IMG/VR virus record: IMGVR_UViG_3300046167_000888
DNA: 64,000 bases
Reading direction: 5' to 3' (one strand)
Source: a virus
Numbering within the stretch: position 1 is the stretch's first letter; each line of letters begins with the position of its first letter. This document shows positions 61,031 to 64,000 of the stretch, one piece after another. A program made the position numbers and the translations under genes. The notes beneath the pieces are model-generated. The model made no database searches. It was not told where the DNA came from and saw only the letters and a list, made by a program, of their open reading frames with translations.

Positions 61031-63430
61031 ATGGCTTTTAATAAGGAAAATGCTAAATCTATTAAGCAATTAATAGATGATCAAAATAAGCTGTTAAGGG
61101 AGCAAATTAAGATTCAAAGAGAATCCGCTGGTCAAACTTCAGAAGCTTTATCTGACCAGCAGGATATTTCTAATGTTATTAAGGATCAAATTCAATTCCT
61201 GAAATTCCAACGTACTGAAAAAACTCTCCTCAGAAAACTTACTAATGATATAAATAAAATATCACAGGAAACTTTTGCTATAGGTAAAAGACAATTAGGT
61301 GTAGATAAAGTTGATTTAGATTTTGCTAAAAAAAGAGTTGGTTTAGAACAAACAATTAGACTTCTAAAACAACAGCAAGAAAAATTTAAAAAAGGAGGTA
61401 GTGAGTTAGATAAAGATATTGCCAGATCTATTGGCATGCAAGTCACTGAAGCTACTAAATTATTAGTAGAAGTAGATAGAATAGCTGATTCCTCATCAAA
61501 AATTAAAGATAACTTTGGTGTTAAAACATTCAAAACAGCTGCAGAAGCTATAGGTTCTGTACCTGGTTTAAAAGCATTTGATGCACCATTTAAAGCTGCT
61601 TCCGAAGCCGCGTTATCAACTTCACAAGACATAGAACATGCTCTTAAAACCGGTGAAGGTTTAAATAAAAGTATGCTTAAAAATCTTGGTATAGAAAAGA
61701 AATTACAAGTAGATAGAAAAAAGAGTAAAGGAAAAGGTAAATTTCAATTAACTGGAGCTGCTGCAGCTGAGAAATTCCAAAAAGGTGGTATGGAAACCGG
61801 AAAAATCCTTGGTATGGATAGAAAAGGTATAATGGCATTTACATCTGGTTTAAAAGCAATGGCTAAAACTATGATGAAAGCATTTGCTCCAGTTGCCCAA
61901 GTAATAGAATTTTTTAAAGCCATAGTAGCAGGAGATAAAGCCGCAGGAGATTTAGCCAAAAGTATGAATATGACTTATACGGAAGCTCTTGCAACTCGAA
62001 TGGAATTAACTGATATGGCTGAAAGAACAGTATTCCAAGGTAATATGCAAAAAGCTAATGCCGTAACTACAAAAGGTTTACAAGAAACCCTTATGGCAGT
62101 AAATGCTTCTTTAGGTACAGGTGTAATGTTAAGTGATGAAATGCTTGTTCAGTTTACTCAAATGAGAAAAATGGCAGGCTTTACCAATGAAGAATTAGTA
62201 GGAATAGCTAAAATATCCTTAGCTACAGGTCAAGAAATGGAATCTATTACAGGTGAATTTATGGCTCAAGCTCAAATGTCAGCTGTTCAAAATGGTGTTT
62301 TATTAAATGAAAAAGAATTATTAAAAGGTATTAAAGATGTTTCAGCAGCTACAACATTATCATTTGGTAAAAATCCTAAATTAATAGCAGAAGCCGTAGC
62401 AACAGCTAAGTCATTAGGTATGGAACTATCTAAAGTAGAAGGTATAGCTGATAGTATGTTAGATTTTGAATCATCTATTACAAATGAATTAGAGGCAGAA
62501 TTATTACTTAATAAAGATATTAATTTAGAAAAAGCCAGACAAGCCGCATTAAATAATGACCTAGCAACTGTAGCTAAAGAAATTTCAGAACAAATAGGTT
62601 CATCAGCTGAATTTTCTGAAATGAACAGAATCCAACAAGAAGCATTAGCTAAATCTGTTGGAATGAATAGAGAAGATTTAGCACAAACTTTATTTGTACA
62701 AGAACAATTAGCAGGTGCTACAGCAGAAGAAGCAAAAGAAAGAGAAGCTTTATTAAATTCTAGAATAGCAGCTGTAGGATTAGAACAAGCCCAAAAAGAA
62801 TTAGCTGAAGGAGGACTTGATACTCTTGCAAGTCAGCAAAGTCAAGCTGAAAGATTAGCTAATACAATAGATCAATTAAAAGAAGTATTTGTAACTTTAG
62901 CAGAACCTATTTTAGCCATAGGATTAGCTTTAACCCCAGTACTTGAAGCGGTAGGATTTTTAGTAAAAGGTATTATGGGGATAAGTAGTGCTATTGGTGG
63001 GGTGTTAGGATCTATGAAGGAAATGGGAGCAATTGGTGTTGTATTAGGAGGTATATTTGCAGCATTGGCGGCAGCAATAGCATTTGCAACATTATCATTA
63101 ATTCCTGTTGTAGGACCTGCTTTAGGACTTGCAGCAGGGGCTGCTATAATAGGAGCATATTTTAAAGCTGTTACTGATACTAAAAAAGTAGGTGATATGT
63201 TTTCTTCTAGGGGTAAAACTATAGTCTCACCAGCTGAAGGTGGGTTATTTGAATTATCGGCTAATGATGAATTTGCTGCTGCCCCGGGATTAGGACAAAT
63301 GTTAGGTGGTGGAAATAATACAACAGTAGCAGCTCAATCAACAGATATGAGTGCAACAAATGCGTTACTAGAAAAACTAGTTAAGAAAACACCTGAAATG
63401 GCTCCTTTAGGTTTATACGAAGTACAATAA
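61031..63430 (+). CDS. Tape measure protein
   Basis: 799 aa, Ala-rich and helical, hydrophobic segments near the C-terminus; position after tube and chaperones. Confidence 0.8.
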   Translation: MAFNKENAKSIKQLIDDQNKLLREQIKIQRESAGQTSEALSDQQDISNVIKDQIQFLKFQRTEKTLLRKLTNDINKISQETFAIGKRQLGVDKVDLDFAKKRVGLEQTIRLLKQQQEKFKKGGSELDKDIARSIGMQVTEATKLLVEVDRIADSSSKIKDNFGVKTFKTAAEAIGSVPGLKAFDAPFKAASEAALSTSQDIEHALKTGEGLNKSMLKNLGIEKKLQVDRKKSKGKGKFQLTGAAAAEKFQKGGMETGKILGMDRKGIMAFTSGLKAMAKTMMKAFAPVAQVIEFFKAIVAGDKAAGDLAKSMNMTYTEALATRMELTDMAERTVFQGNMQKANAVTTKGLQETLMAVNASLGTGVMLSDEMLVQFTQMRKMAGFTNEELVGIAKISLATGQEMESITGEFMAQAQMSAVQNGVLLNEKELLKGIKDVSAATTLSFGKNPKLIAEAVATAKSLGMELSKVEGIADSMLDFESSITNELEAELLLNKDINLEKARQAALNNDLATVAKEISEQIGSSAEFSEMNRIQQEALAKSVGMNREDLAQTLFVQEQLAGATAEEAKEREALLNSRIAAVGLEQAQKELAEGGLDTLASQQSQAERLANTIDQLKEVFVTLAEPILAIGLALTPVLEAVGFLVKGIMGISSAIGGVLGSMKEMGAIGVVLGGIFAALAAAIAFATLSLIPVVGPALGLAAGAAIIGAYFKAVTDTKKVGDMFSSRGKTIVSPAEGGLFELSANDEFAAAPGLGQMLGGGNNTTVAAQSTDMSATNALLEKLVKKTPEMAPLGLYEVQ

Positions 63431-63457
63431 TATAATATTTATAATAAAACAACAATT

Positions 63458-63688
63458 ATGAGTTTACTAAACAAATTAATTTCTGGACAAGCGAGTAATA
63501 CAAGTTTAAATGGACAAACACCGAATGTTCCTAATTTTCAAACATCAACTTTACATAAGGAATATTCTACTATTGGTGATCCTAATGCATCTCAGGTAAC
63601 ACCTGCAAATGGAGTTTTACCAATGCCATCTACACTTGAAGCTACAGTTCAAGAAGGAGACAAGTATTTGAACAACTTACCACAGTAA
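63458..63688 (+). CDS. Small tail/baseplate-associated protein
   Basis: 76 aa; late motif at 63435; C-terminal KYLNNLP. Confidence 0.55.
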   Translation: MSLLNKLISGQASNTSLNGQTPNVPNFQTSTLHKEYSTIGDPNASQVTPANGVLPMPSTLEATVQEGDKYLNNLPQ

Positions 63689-63691
63689 CAT

Positions 63692-64000
63692 ATGGGCTTA
63701 GTTGATTTAAGAACTAACCTTAAATCTTTAAGGTATGGTAAGGATACAGTTGGCGGTGGAAACAGCGCTCAACCCTTTGTAAAAAGAAAAATACCCGATG
63801 ATTTATCAGATGTAGGTAGAACAGGAGGACCCGATTTTCTTTTACGAGGTGGAACTTTACTGCCTAGAATTGTTCTTAATGATGCAACAAGAATATCTAA
63901 ATTATTTTACCCAGGTAGAGGAGGAAAAATAAATACTACAAACGCAGATGACCCACTAGGTGTAGATGCAAGTAATAATGGTAGAAGACCTGTTAATTTA
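63692..64000 (+). CDS. Baseplate/hub-region protein (3' truncated)
   Basis: MGLVDLRTNLKSLRYGKD...GPDFLLRGG, open to the window end. Confidence 0.6.
   Translation, partial: MGLVDLRTNLKSLRYGKDTVGGGNSAQPFVKRKIPDDLSDVGRTGGPDFLLRGGTLLPRIVLNDATRISKLFYPGRGGKINTTNADDPLGVDASNNGRRPVNL

Noticed and set aside
1-64000. Stop-codon reassignment (alternative genetic code)
   Set aside because: Core genes are intact and full length in code 11; interruptions are frame changes, not in-frame TAG/TGA.

Overview
This window is a 64 kb, AT-rich segment of a large T4-like myovirus with all genes on the + strand. The host is probably Bacteroidota/Flavobacteriia, inferred from the lack of Shine-Dalgarno motifs, A-rich leaders and Bacteroidota-style lipoproteins. 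Gene order: (i) 0-18 kb, a baseplate/fibre block with three very long Gly-X-Y collagen-like fibres, two ending in peptidase-S74 intramolecular chaperones. (ii) 18-25.8 kb, about six glycosyltransferase-like genes (one GT25), two 2OG-Fe(II) hydroxylases, a GH-like propeller and a TPR protein. (iii) 25.8-28 kb, GIY-YIG nuclease, primase and PD-(D/E)xK exonuclease. (iv) 29-43 kb and 47.5-51 kb, many modular proteins punctuated by [LIV]-x-E motifs, including a repeated leader MDNFDL(R/K)KYLAEG fused to unrelated payloads. (v) 44-64 kb, terminase, portal, prohead protease, scaffold, major capsid, neck, tail terminator, sheath, tube, chaperones and tape measure. The two best candidates for an undescribed system are (a) a capsid-targeting, prohead-protease-released cargo system and (b) a collagen hydroxylation/glycosylation pathway, possibly with a virion-wide [S/T]-G-S sequon. 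Also found: an unannotated 21-aa metallothionein-like peptide, two promoter classes, a candidate +1/-2 chaperone frameshift and candidate structured leaders. Several genes are broken by single-base insertions that look like sequencing errors. All product calls come from motif recognition; no database search was run. No tRNA, rRNA or CRISPR array was seen.
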